64,000 nucleotides of DNA from Ramazzottius varieornatus. Taxonomy: Eukaryota > Animalia > Tardigrada. Made by a program: the position numbers and the translations under genes. The stretch is from positions 1,418,973-1,482,972 of the forward strand of contig BDGG01000012.1 in the NCBI GenBank assembly GCA_001949185.1. The letters are read 5' to 3'. Positions 1 through 12,439 of the stretch are shown one piece after another. Every line of letters begins with the position of its first letter. Position 1 is the first letter of the stretch. Under the pieces are notes generated by a model, which worked only from the letters and a program-made list of their open reading frames with translations, did no database searches and had not been told where the DNA came from.

Positions 1-649
1 TTTACAAACTTTTTACGTCGGGTGCGGCGAGGCAAGCTTTCCTCTGCCGTGCAGCAGAACTAGTCATTTAGTTTGGCGCCAAATGAGAAGGAGTTCTCGT
101 CCATTTTTCTTCTAAAAATTTCTTCCTTGGGTCTTTGGTGAGTTGTCCGCTGCAAGGGAATATTCATCAGTTGAAACTCCAGTTGGCGGGATTGCGTAAC
201 CTCCAGTCTCTTGGAGGAACAGGATAGTTGAGGATCGAGACGGCGAAGAAGGGCTGAAGCACCAGCGCACCTGAAGCAGCTACATTTGAAATTACGACCT
301 GCGGTCCTGCATGTTCACTGGCACATTTCTGCAGATTCTTCTCATGCAGGAGAAGCAACCTTGTGTTGCCTTTTCAGAGAACTGGAGTGCGGCAATCGTC
401 CTAAGCCTGCAGGTAAGATTACATGTAGTGAAGTATCTTCTGCTTCTGCTACGTGCACAGTATCTTTGCTCGAAATACGTGGTAGTACTCACCGACGCTT
501 TTGGTAACTAATCTTTTTACGTCCCGTTAATTATTACATCTTTTATAGGATTAATCCTGAGGGCTGCAGAATCGTGTGTAGATCTATGCGTATTTTTCTG
601 GAGGAAGATTTCACCAACGAGACCACCCGCACTGCGATTCTCCACTCCA

Positions 650-3600
650 ATGGTAAGCTCCAGTTCGTTGTTCCAATCAACAAATCAGTTCAGTGGTACC
701 GAGCTAAGCTACCGTGACGACGATGAAATGTGTTCAGTTGATTATCCTCGCCGACACGCAGCTGTCTCTCTGTTGGCATGTTGCTGAACCGTCAAGCAGT
801 CTTGCCTCTGATCGTAAACTTACGGGCACGTGTGTCTAATCGGTCGACTAGCACGACTGTTGATACACTTTGCAAGATCTGATGTAACTGTGCTACGACT
901 GTTTATGGTTGTGGTTTGTTCTTTTGCAGACTCACCTGGCGGATTCTGCAGTCGATCCTGATCGGAAGAGCGACCAAGATGCAGCTTTGAACGAGATACA
1001 AACTACACCGTTAACACCGTAAGTTCGAATCGCAGGTTCAAAGTTTTCGTGCAAACAGATATGAGTGCCTTCTTACCTAGTCTTGCTTCGACTTCGATTT
1101 CGATTTGAATGTCGCGTTCGCTAATTGTTCCCCTTCATGCATTGCAGTGGCTCTCCCGAAAGTGATACGGCTTCCGTCTTGGAAAGGAACATGATGGAGG
1201 AGCTCATCGCCATGGGAGATGAAGCAGAAGATGCTACTGCTGCAGGCCCAGAGCCTCCGGCGATACCAGACGATGCACTGGAGAAGATGGACAGCGAGGA
1301 AGTTGCTCCAGACGCGGGCGCCGAAGCAGACACGAAGGTCGTTTTGGAGAAGGTGGAGATCGAGGAAGCTACTCCAGACCCTCACCTGGACGCTGTCTCG
1401 GAGGTAGTGCAGAAAAAGGTGGAAGCTGGTGCAGTCACTGACCCAGAAGCTGTAGCGAAGGAAGTGCTGGAAAAGATCTTGGTGTCCACAGTCCAGCGGG
1501 TACATCCTGTTAAACTTTCCCAAGCAATTCCCGTCAAGGTGTCGGCTGAGAATGTGACACGGCTGGACAAACTTCTCACCGGAAGTGGCGCTGCTGGTTC
1601 AACCGATACTCAACCGGAAGTCGAGAAAGAAACGACAAGCCTACTCCTAATCGGAGAAGTGACGGTTGTAGCAGAGGTAGTCCTAACTGAAGTACCTACC
1701 GAAACGACTACAGTCGCGGAAAACATTGTCAGTAGCGCTGTGAGTACGGAAGTTACCGTGCCTGCTGTCTCGCTCGCTTCCACCCGAGAATCATCGTGTA
1801 ACTCTTCATTGGGGTGTGAAGTTAGTAATAGTAACAGCGGGACCGTCAGTTCGGAAAACAGCAATATAACAGACGACGAAGACGATGACTATTTGACCAC
1901 TACGCAGAAGCTGATCATCGACGAAGGTGGGCTGGATAGTCGGAACACGTCCTTCGTGAAGTCTCGCTGCAATACCCCAGAAGGTTCGTCCGCGGGGAAA
2001 ACGAAAAAGCGATCTGCTCCTGATACTCCGTTCCCTTCACCACTGTCCAAATCCAAGAAAACCAGTAGCTCAACGGTACGGTATATTTCTATTGAACTTT
2101 TCGATCATAGTAATGGCTATAGTATTCGAAACTTCGGTAAATGAATCGAAACCCGATCATGTTCCTAAAGTAGCGCACACTCCCAGCCCGTGACAGTGGA
2201 AAAAGTGCGGCACTTAGGAAATTCATTTGCCCATGTCCCATGGTATGTTTCATCTGGTTTTCTAAATCCCCAATCGGTCTTTCAGAATGTGAAGAAAGGA
2301 GGAAGCGAGGTTAAGACTGATGGTTTGGAAAAAGCTTCGGGTAAGAAGGGATCCAAAGATTTTGGGACGTTCGAGATTGGAAAGTACCCTATAGATCGTC
2401 TGGTCAAAGACGCCTTTCTGGTGGAAGCCGAGTATCATCCAGTCTGCGCCCACTGTATGAACCACAAGCATCTAGAAGACGCGACCAAGCTGCCGATCCG
2501 ATGCAAAGGGAAATGCGGTATGAACTACCACATCGAGTGCCTGAAAGACAATGCCAACGAATACCCGGACGTCGAGAAGGACTACGATCCGGAAAACTTC
2601 GTCTGTGCAGAATGCGCAGCTGGTAAGTTGCCCCATCCTTTGGTGCCCCAAAGTGGGAACTCGGCAAACCAACTCGACGAGATCGTCTTTCAAAGTGGCG
2701 CACTTTGCCAGTGATTCTGGCTGGAAGCGTGAACCGCTTGGGGAAGTGATCTGGCCGAGTTGGTTTGCCGAGCTTCCATGGTTGTCTGCAAAGCTACTTT
2801 GTAGGCTTCAGGAGAGCCTGAAGTGTTCCTGTTCAAAGAAATTCACAGCGGGTACTTCTTTTTTCAGGAGAGCATTTCTGTTTCGATTGCCTGCAGAGCG
2901 AAAAGGACAGCAAACTGGTCCGCTGTCCCGATGCAGGTTGTGGTCGGTTTTTCCACTACAAGTGCCTGATGGGAACTGAACCGCCAGCAACTGTTCAGCC
3001 AGAGGTGGCGCTACCTGTGGTCGCGGATCCACCTGTACTCGAAGTACCCGCCGTCGTGGATCCCGCAGTCGTAAACCCTCTGGTCGTCGGTCCTGCAGTC
3101 GTAGGCGTTCCTTCAGTCTTGGCTCCCGCAGTCATAGATTCCATAGCTGTGAATCTTCCAGTCCCAGTTCCTGCTGCTGTGAAATCGGTAGCAGCAAATC
3201 CGGCACCTGTAGGTCCCAGAGCTGTTTCCAAGAAGAAGTCGGCTCTTCGTCCGTGTCGACAGCATCACTGTGGTACCTGTAAGGCGCTTGGTCGTTCAGG
3301 AAAGAGTAAGGAGGTGGACAAGTCACTGGTCAAGTGTATGTTCTGTCCTGTGGCGTACCATTTCAACTTCATGTGCTTCCCAGCCGAAGCCTTCATTTGT
3401 GCCGAGAATGCCCGCTACATGATTTGTCCTCGACATCGCAATGTCAAGGTGATCGAAGAGCAGAGCAAGAGGAGCAAGAGCACAAAGGCCGGCGTGCCGA
3501 ACAAGTCCATCCGACCAACCGCCATGAACAACACTGTCTGTATGTCCTGCAAGTCTCCGGGAGAACTTCTCGTGTGCGAGACCTGTCCTTTCACTTCCCA

Positions 3601-5578
3601 TGTGGACTGTGCTGGCCTGGATGACATGCCTCCGTGGGACGTACCTTGGCACTGTCCGGATTGCAGCAAAGGCAAGCTGCCGATGGTGCTGGATATCGTC
3701 TGGTTCAAGTCCGGCGCTCATCGGTAAGTGAAGAGCTCGCGGAAACGAATGGTACATTGCCAAATGAAATGAACATGATCGTTATCTCAAGTGGCGCACG
3801 CTATCGTTGTTGTTAGCTGGAAGTGCGCGCCGCTTGGTGAAGCCATCATGTTCAAGACATTCTCCGACGTCCCAAAAAACAATTAATCGTCTCTGAGCAT
3901 TCCTGTTTTATGGTGAACTTGTGGAACCTCCTCATAAGCCTGACAATCTAACGATAGATTTTTATGTGATATTACAGATGTTGGCCCTGTCAGATTCTGC
4001 CGAGTAACATCTGTCCAAAGAATGTCCAAAGTCGAGCTCCGGAAGGGACCTTCATCATGCGCTACCTGGGGACGACCGACTACGGCTTCGCAACCTCGAG
4101 CGAAGTTCTTCCCTTCGAGATCATGGACCGCAGATGGGTGCAACATCCAGAAAAGACGCGCCAGTTTGCTGCAGGTAAATGCGGCAGGGAAGTTTTCCTT
4201 GCGATACGTGCAAAGTCCTCTGTCTTGTGATCGTAGGGCTTGCTGAAGCTCGAAAGTTTACTATCGAGTTGAACGTCCAGAGGAACAACTACCTTCCGAA
4301 GTGGTTCGAAGGAGTTCGGCCCAACTACGTCCGAATAAAGGTATGCAAACGAAAAGGTGCACTAGAAGGAAGCCATGTCGCTAGAATTCAAAGTGTCAAC
4401 TGACTTTTTCTCGCCGATAGATTTCTTTGAGTTGTAGTTTTGATCTTTTGTGGCGTTTAGCAATCGGGCTTTTTCATTAGGGCAATAAGGCGGTGCCTCC
4501 TGCCCGCTACGGTAGAAAAGAGTCAAAGAATGGCGATGAGGACTCCATCTGCAACTGCAAGCCTACCGATCGCTTCCCATGTGGACCAAATTCCGGGTGC
4601 CTTAACCGTGATATGGAGTACGAATGCCCGAAGTCCTGTCCTACCGGAAAGAGTTGTATGAACCAAAGACTACGGAATCGAAAGTATCCAAAACTCAAAG
4701 TCTTCTACACGGCCGACCGAGGCTGGGCTCTCCTTAGCCAAGTCGACATCACGAAGGTAAACCACACATCTCCCAAATTGACCAAGTGGCGCACGCTTTC
4801 AGCCGACAACATGAAGAATTGCGCCACTTGGGATCCGATCTTGACGAGTTTGTGTGTAACTGCTGGTCCCAAATCGATGGCTGGATAAAATGACTGGCGA
4901 ATAAAAAAAATTTTTTCGGTAACTGAACTGAACAACCTGCTTTAGGGTGATCTTGTTGTTGAGTATGTGGGGGAAATCATCACCACTCAAGAACGAGACC
5001 GGAGGATCAGCACCATGAGGGTCGCTGGTGACGTCAACTTCTACTTCCTGGATCTGACCGAGGGCCGTGTGATCGACGCTGGTCCTGCAGGTAACTTGGC
5101 TCGCTTCGCCAACCATTCCTGTGATGCTAATTGCTCAAGTGAGAAGTGGATCGTCGATGGCGAAACGCGGATCGCTCTCATGGCCATCAAAGATATCAAG
5201 AAGGGCGACGAGATCACCTTTGACTACCGCTGGCAGTACGAAGCTAATGTCACGTCGCGAGAATGCTTGTGTGGTAGCGAGAAATGCAACGGTACTATTG
5301 GGGGTAAGACTTATGTAGCCAAACAAGGCCCAGAGAAGAAGACGCCTGCCGAGAAGAAGAAACCCGCACCGAAGAAGCCAGTACGAAAGTCCACGCCCAG
5401 ACCAAAGAAGACTCCTACCTCTTCCAAAAAACCTGTCCTGCAGGAACAAAGCGATTCAGGCTCAGTGACCGAAGAAGATATGCAGCTAAAGATGGACGTC
5501 GATATGGAAGAAGACAAGACGTCTGCAGCGCACAGTCCTCCGATCGTACCTTCTGAAACTTCGGAGATCTCAGTGTAA
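650..5578 (+). CDS. NSD: NSD/Mes-4-family histone H3K36 methyltransferase (acidic disordered N-terminus, PHD fingers, PWWP, AWS-SET-postSET)
   Basis: GT-AG exons: 650-652, 930-1018, 1148-2075, 2286-2622, 2868-3723, 3978-4174, 4237-4340, 4481-4756, 4946-5578. PHD motifs (CAHC..CKGKCGMNYHIEC; CFDC..CGRFFHYKC; CMFCPVAYH; CMSC..CETCPFTSHVDC), PWWP-like DIVWFKSGAHRCWP, AWS (CGPNSGCLNRDMEYECP), SET (GNLARFANHSC, GDEITFDY), post-SET CLCGSEKCNG. The start codon is uncertain because the frame stays open upstream of 650. Confidence 0.9.
2128..2239. repeat. Intronic palindromic element family, copy 1 (NSD intron 2076-2285)
   Basis: TTCCTAAAGTAGCGCAC ... GTGCGGCACTTAGGAA; outer arms GGTAAATGAAT and ATTCATTTGCC. 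Confidence 0.75.
2655..2777. repeat. Intronic palindromic element family, copy 2 (NSD intron 2623-2867)
   Basis: GGGAACTCGGCAAACCAACTCGACGAGATC..AAGTGGCGCAC ... GATCTGGCCGAGTTGGTTTGCCGAGCTTCC. Confidence 0.85.
3751..3873. repeat. Intronic palindromic element family, copy 3 (NSD intron 3724-3977)
   Basis: GAACATGATCGTTATCTCAAGTGGCGCACGC ... GTGCGCGCCGCTTGGTGAAGCCATCATGTTC. Confidence 0.85.
4782..4870. repeat. Intronic palindromic element family, copy 4, left-truncated (NSD intron 4757-4945)
   Basis: CCAAGTGGCGCA ... TGCGCCACTTGGGATCCGATCTTGACGAGTTTG. Confidence 0.8.
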
Positions 5579-6857
5579 TTTATGACTGAATTGTCCTTCT
5601 TAGTAGTCCAAGATTCGTTTTTATAGCTTTTTTGTCCTTTTTTCTAGTTCGATTATGTGGTTATCTTCCCCTGCCAGCGATATTCTGTTCGCGGGCTTGT
5701 ATTCTTTGTTAGTGATTTTCAACTTTTGTAGCCTGTTGTGTACCCACGATACGTAGCCCGGGCTCCCATGGGCTTTTTGCTGAATCAAAAGTGTGTTGAC
5801 TGGCCATGCGTAAATCATATTTTTGTGCAACAGCATCAAACTTCTGGACAGAAGCTTTCGTTATGACCCAGAGCGCGCTGATTTTGTTCCAACTTCCGTC
5901 CTCAAGAAACCCGAGAACCGCACGCCAAAAATTCTGTGAGGTAAGTACAGGGCAGGCCAGCCTGGCCAGGGGGACGCACCCGGAACAGTACAGTTCGGCT
6001 GACCCGGGGGCCCGGGAGAAGCAAAACTCAAAATTCTTGCATCGACCTTCCACATCAACACTCTTAGTTAAGTCGGTTTCGAGATCTGGACTTTCGTCAT
6101 CTAAAAGAATTCATCTTCTCGGGACTGTTGAAGTCCAACAGGATAACTGTGTACCCGCAGGTATCTACTGGAGGCCATCTGCAATCACGGGTGAATCATC
6201 GGCAACCATCTGAACGGATAGTGGAAGTTGTAAGTGCAAATTTCGAGTCGTAGCCTTTAGGCAGTCTACTCCACGACGGTAAAATACTTTTTGCTTTAGA
6301 TTACAGTAATTGGACATAGCTTGTTGCAGGTGCGTCACGTTTTTCTTCCATGTTGTATAATTGGGGTGTCATTCCGAACGTTCAGCCAGATCGAGTTGCT
6401 TGGCGATTCATATCAGCAAGGTAATCCCCGAAGTTCATCTCGTAATCGCCGTGCTCATCGCTCTCCCCACTATACATGCGCACAGTCAGCACCAATAAGC
6501 ATTTGGCTGCATGAGCACGGTTTTAACCAGCATGATCGTCAGGCTGATCTTTATTCCTTTTTCTAGTTGGTGCGACGGCTGCTGCCACGTTGGTCTGGCA
6601 GCTCGAAAGTCACCGAGCGCTGAACTAGCAACTTCTGCGGTCTTTGGTCATCAGTCGCCACTGCAGCGTGAATCACGATAAGCCAGCCCAGCTCGCGAAT
6701 AATCCAGGCCTGTGATGGTGTCTTGAAATACCACCTGCGCGCGTTATTCAAGTATTTTCCATCATTCCTTGCTTCCAAACTGTCGCGCTTACTGCGTGGT
6801 GTGTTGTCAGTTTGGTCAGCTGCATGCGCGAGAAGACATACGAGACCATATTGCAAC

Positions 6858-8650
6858 ATGTTGTCCTGGTTTAGCCACCCGTATCCCTCCTTGGGAGTCT
6901 TCGACGACATGCAGGACTTCGAGGAAGGAGTTGATGTACCGGACAGGAGTAAACCCGCGTCTGCTCCTAAACCTGGCCATGTCCTAGCAGCTTCCCCTGC
7001 AGGAGACCATGTTCCGCGACCGCGATATACGTCTCGAAGCGCCGCCGGAAGTGATGGCGGATCACTTTCCAGTGAAGCACCATTCCATCCTCCAATGCCT
7101 TGGTATTTATTCATTCTTCTCACAGTAATACCACAATAAGGACGTGGGTGGATGAACTCAGCCAAATTGTCACTTCAAGTGCCGCACGTCTTCCTAGTCA
7201 TCGGTTGAAGGTGTGCGCCACGTAGAATGACAATCTGGTTCTGATCATGTACCCACGTACTAATTGCCTAGCTGCTTGTGTTTTCTGAGTGGAAGTCCGT
7301 GCTGCTTTCAGGTTCGGTATGGACATTGGTGGATCGCTCGTCAAGCTGGTTTACTTCGAGCCCGAAGAAGTATTACCTCAAGACGCCGAGCAAGACGTCG
7401 AGCTGTCCCGCACAATCCACAAATACCTTACAAGCAATAAGACATATGGGGATACAGGTATTCGTGATGCTCACCTGGAAATGCGTCGCGTTCCCATCAA
7501 CGGGCACTTCGGTACACTGCACTTCATACGATTCCCCAGTTCGGCCATGGAGAAGTTCATCTTCCTGGCCAAGACCAAAGGCTTGTCGGCGCTGAGCTCG
7601 ACCATCTGTGCCACGGGTGGTGGAGCCTTCGCTTACGAGAAACTGATCAAGCAGTCGGTCAATCTGGACTTACACAAGTCCGACGAGATCGACTCGTTGG
7701 TCAGTGGCATTCATTACCTGGAACTGAACCACCCGGAAGAGAGCTACTTCTTCGAGAACCCACTAGATGACAGCAAGTGTAGGAAGGTTCCACTGAGCAT
7801 TCGTGATTTGTATCCGTACATTGTGGTCAATGTCGGAAGTGGGGTTAGTGTGCTGCTGGTTGAGTCCAGAACAAAGTACCAGCGGGTGTGGGGAACCAGC
7901 ATTGGCGGTGCAACATTCCTGGGCTTGTGTTGCTTGTTGACGGGCGCGAAAACATTCGATGAAGCCATCGCGTTGGCGGCGAAAGGAGATCATCGTCACG
8001 TTGATAAGCTTGTACGTTCATCAAAATCGCAAAATGCTCAAAAACAACATTACACGAAGATAGTATAAAGTATTGAAAGAAATTCTACGTGGTGTGAGTG
8101 ACCAAATTTTTCGTGGAAAAACTGAGAAGCCAAAAGGTTAATTAAACTTGCGGAGCTGGAAAGAAGTAGAAGCGGAAAACACAAGTGAAACACGACGAAG
8201 TAAATGTCGAAGAATATTATTTACGAAATTTAACGTTTCTTTTGGTGGTGTTCTCAGGTGCGTGATATCTATGGTGGAGACTATGGCCGCTTCCAGCTTC
8301 CCGGTGATACAGTGGCGGCTAGTTTCGGACATATGTTGGATCCGGAACGGCGGAAGAATGCAAAACCCGAAGACCTAGCCCGCGCAGTGCTGGTTACAGT
8401 AACGAATAACATTGGTTCCATGGCCATGATGTGCGCGATGAACGCCAAGGTGGATAAAGTGGTCTTTCTTGGTAATTTCCTGAGAATAAATGATTTGTCT
8501 ATGAAACAGTTATCGCATGCAATGGACTTTTGGTCTAAGGGCAAGTTTAAAGCAGTGTTTTTGGAGCATGAGGGTTATTTTGGTGCTGTAGGATGTCTGC
8601 TAGAATATATGAGCTTGGCGAAAGCCGGCACAGGTGTCGTCGACGCCTGA
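6858..8650 (+). CDS. PANK: Type II pantothenate kinase (PANK1-3/fumble-like)
   Basis: Exons 6858-7102, 7312-8011, 8258-8650. Motifs [71 protein letters not shown]. The start could be ATG 6909; probable non-coding 5' exons near 5900-6420. Confidence 0.95.
7153..7243. repeat. Intronic palindromic element family, copy 5 (PANK intron 7103-7311)
   Basis: CCAAATTGTCACTTCAAGTGCCGCACGTCTTC ... GAAGGTGTGCGCCACGTAGAATGACAATCTGG. Confidence 0.8.
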
Positions 8651-9266
8651 TTTGATTTTTTTTATTAATATTGTGTTGCTCTGTCTAGTTTGTTGGCTAA
8701 CTGAAAGGCTTGCAGGTGTTTTTCCATACCTCTGTTGCTCTTACTGATCTTCCGGTTGTTAGAATTTCTTGTTAAACTAGTGATAACTAACTGATACTCA
8801 TGGTTCGCGTTTACGCATGTTGGCTGACCGTGAAGCCGGTTTAGTCCCCTGCGCGGAAGGAACGAGTACTCGTACCAACAGTATTCTATGCTCTCATAAC
8901 AGTGTGTGGATCCAAAGCATGAATGAGTCAGTTCGTCGCTGTTCTGTAAAAGCTGAAAGCATGGCACAGCTGGAGACAGAAATGCGAAATAGTGGTCCTC
9001 AGGGTGTTCAATCGGACGTCCGAGATATGGAAAGTCGGACGAACCGTGCAAACCCCTTTTTATTCATCATGGTTACCGTAATAAGCGCACGGTAAACTCC
9101 GAGGTAGCTCGTCGAATTCTTCTGCCGTTTTCTCCCAGTAGTTTTTGGTGTTCAGTCTTCTGAACATCTGGAATATACAGCGTGTTCTCTCTGAAAAAGT
9201 AAAACCCCAATGAACGTCGTTAAAGAACATGGTTTCTACTTTACACTTTCAATAAAAGCAACACCC

Positions 9267-12200
9267 CTATTCAGGTTTATGGAATTTGCTATTCAAGAAA
9301 GTCTTCGACGAAAAGGTTGTGCTCATATTTCGCTGTTTGTTAAAGCTCTTGTTCGGATCCTTCAATCCACCGCCATGCGCTTTGCCCGGAGGTTTCTTGC
9401 TTGCTCCAGCACCGTTGCTTCCGCTGGTGAACTTCGAGTAGTCCGCCGAATGGTAGTCGAATGCGGGTCGCTTGGCTGGAGCAGGTGCAATCTGCGCAGA
9501 TGCAGTCTTCTCCGTGTCTTTCGCTGTAGTACCTTGTGCTGCCACACCGGTACGGGCAGCAGCAGCGTAGGAAGACTTGGCTTTAGGCTGAGAAGGAGTG
9601 GCGACCGAAGTTTCTGGAGCGGAAGACGGTTTGGCCGTAGCCGACGCAGGACGTCCGAAACTAGTTGGCGGACCCGTTACCTCTGCTCCATCGCTTTGTG
9701 GCTTCTTGGTCTTCGCAGTCCCTGCATCGACCAGCGGAAGATCTTTCGGAACGGACACGTGCAGGTTAGGCTTGTCCGCGACCGCAACGAACGCTGGGCC
9801 TATTTCGACACGAAAAGGAATGCAGGAAGAGCTTTAACAGTAGTATAGATTTTCTGTGAGATTAACCTGTTTCTTTTTCTTCATTCTCTTTGGATTGTAC
9901 GCTTAAGTACGACTCCCATATGTCAGCATAGTAGTTTCTTGCCGTATTCTGTCCGACGTTACTCTCCGAGCTGGACCACGACAGCTGAGCGACCTGGACA
10001 ACTGGCGGGACGACATCCAGGAACCGAGAAACGAACTCTGCGCCAGTGACCGGTTGAGGCACCTTTCGCTGGATGGCGTCTTGAGCTTCGGTATCAGCTT
10101 GAGCAGGAGTAAATTCGGAGACGGGAACAGGCACCACACCTTGAAAGGCACGAGCGTCCTTCAGAAGGGAAAGCACTTGGTGGATCTTTTGCTTCACAAC
10201 AAGCGGAACGAACTCCAGGCACTTGACCAGATCGTCGGAGGTACGCGGAAGCTCTTCGGCCAGATCGATGCAAGCCTTGGTCGGAAGCACGTATCTGCAA
10301 CATGGAAAAGCTCGAACATACTCAACGCTACGTATTAGTTCAAGTTCACAAAGTATTGGAACACAACGGGTGCTGATAGTTTAGGCTAAAGTAGTATAAC
10401 CTTACCCGATACTTTCATCCAGATCGCGAGCTACATCATCTCGCCATTCCAATATCTTCTTTAGCGCATATTTCTGCTGTTCCGAGAAGTTCTTAGCAAA
10501 CTTCCACATGATGAATGCGAAGTCATTAACGTCCAAGGTCTGCTTTTCATATCGCTGCAGAAAACAGAAAATAATCATGTATCAATAGTAACGCTGGGCG
10601 ACGCGGTTACTGCAAATATTCTCCATCACGGTGATACCGTATACATGATACTACACAGTACATTATGGAGACTAACCTGAAGGCATATTTCTTTGCTCTG
10701 CGCGTATACCGTCTTGAGAAGCTGGAGAGAAGGGTCTTTCTTGATCAAATCGTTCCTCACACAGTCGTGCAAAAAGAGAAGATCGTGGGTATCTGAACGT
10801 GCGTAGTTCAGCATGTCGTCCGGAAGTGGCCTAAACGGGGAAGTGCTCTACATTAGCATAGTTGTCACTGTAAAACCTACCAGCAACGTTGTTGTACCTT
10901 AGTCGCCAGTCCGACGTCTGATGAGTCTTGTCGACAATCTTTCCCAAATACTGCTGCATCAAGAATGCGAGAGAGAACTTCGGCAGCTGCAATGCACGAC
11001 TAGCCTGGCCGGTGTCGAACATGTTGACGACATAGATTCCGAAATCTCGCTGAAGCCACTGGATGTCCATGTTACCTCCGTGAAACACCTAGGATACGAT
11101 AGATCAGTTATCACGGTGGAATCAACCAGACAGCAGTGAGAAGCTCGAAAGGTATGAAGCGCGGCACGTACCTTCAACACAGCCGAATTGGTGAAGATCA
11201 CGTTAAGCTCGCTCATGTGATCACGCAGCGCAATCGTATCGAAGACATAGTCCGCAGTTCGGGAGGAAATTTGGAGAAGACAGGTGATACCCAAGTATGT
11301 CCGGTAGGAATGATGCTGAAATTAATAAGCATCGGTAACTAATCATAACTAATATCATTCAACTTCCGGTTGCTATCTACGTAATCTGATACAGTATCCG
11401 GAATTCCAGATTTTATAGTTTCGGCTGCCAGAGGTATCACTAGAAAACTTTCACTCTTACCTCCAAATCGACGGCTATTTCAGAGGCGCTCATCAGCGAG
11501 TTCAACGCAGCTCGAAACTCGTCTGGCGTATCCACGTAAACAAAGTGAGTCTGATCGGAAGGTTTCGCCGGAAGTGGAGGACTGGCCACCAGACGCTTGG
11601 CTTCCGGAACAAACATGTCCAGTTCGACTTGATAAGGATGAGGTGCAGTGGTTCCGTCTTGTCGGTGCCAACGGAGACTGTCCTCCAAAGAGCGTACAGC
11701 GTTCGGCTTAACAGTGATCTTTGGTACGAACGGAGAACGACTGTTGTCGACTTTCCATCCATTCGACACCTGGGGACGCTGAACAGTCGTCGCGCGGAGT
11801 TGGTAACGGTTCACCACCGGCGAGCGCACAATCCCGGAAATCTTTTCAGCTTGTGTGGACATGTGTTCCTCTTTCAGGCGAGCGAGTTCATCCAGCGTCA
11901 GATCCATTCGTTCTTTCAGCTGTTTCGTCGCGTCGAAGACTCCCTGTAGGACAGCTGTCTTATTCTGCGGAGTGTCGAAGTGACGACATGTCTGCGCTGG
12001 CATGCCCCAGTACCAAGCTAGGTTCTTCATCCTAAACGTGAGATGACTAACTAGACACGGAAGTAACAAAGACATGCACCAGGACGACGAGTCAAAGATT
12101 CTCACATGTTAGCCAACTGTATCGAACCAGTCGTAATTCCTTCAACGTATTCTGGAAATGTTGAGCAAACCAAGTAGTCCATCTCGCTGTGAGGAAGTTT

Positions 12201-12439
12201 CTGTCCAGCGTCCACGACTCCAACTAACTTCAGCTTCAAATCCTGTAACAATGGCAAATTATTACCTTACTGTACAGTCACTATGGCGTGTCTGTAACTT
12301 TTACCTTGACGAAATGAGTGGTGCTAGGGTATCCGCAGAAGCTAATAGATGTTTCGTCAGCGTGAGAAGAAGGACTGAACATGACTCCTGGTTGCGATGT
12401 TCCCGTCAGCAATGTTGTGTTCCATCCGATACTGTCCAT
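9267..12439 (-). CDS. EXOSC10: Exosome component 10 (RRP6), DEDDy 3'-5' exonuclease with PMC2NT and HRDC domains
   Basis: Multi-exon. N-terminal YPSTTHFVK|DLKLKLVGVVDAGQKLP..STFPEY (PMC2NT-like); RPQ..DNS..PFVPKITVKPNA; HPYQVEL; IAVDLE|HHSYRTYLGITCLLQIS; HGGNMDIQWLQRDFG; YARSDTH; HRDC DESIGYVLP; basic low-complexity C-tail. Start is 12439 or 12382. Confidence 0.93.

Noticed and set aside
1019-1045. GTTCGAATC B-box-like string suggesting a tRNA or SINE
   Set aside because: No cloverleaf or A-box; it overlaps a splice donor.
9267-9830. S/A/K/G-rich segment superficially like the tardigrade Dsup protein
   Set aside because: It is the last coding exon of EXOSC10, whose basic disordered tail is expected; the likeness is compositional only.
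9210-9848. 212-aa plus-strand ORF and similar long ORFs (6563-7165, 36662-37279, 40892-41524)
   Set aside because: Antisense shadows of real exons with no independent domain signal.
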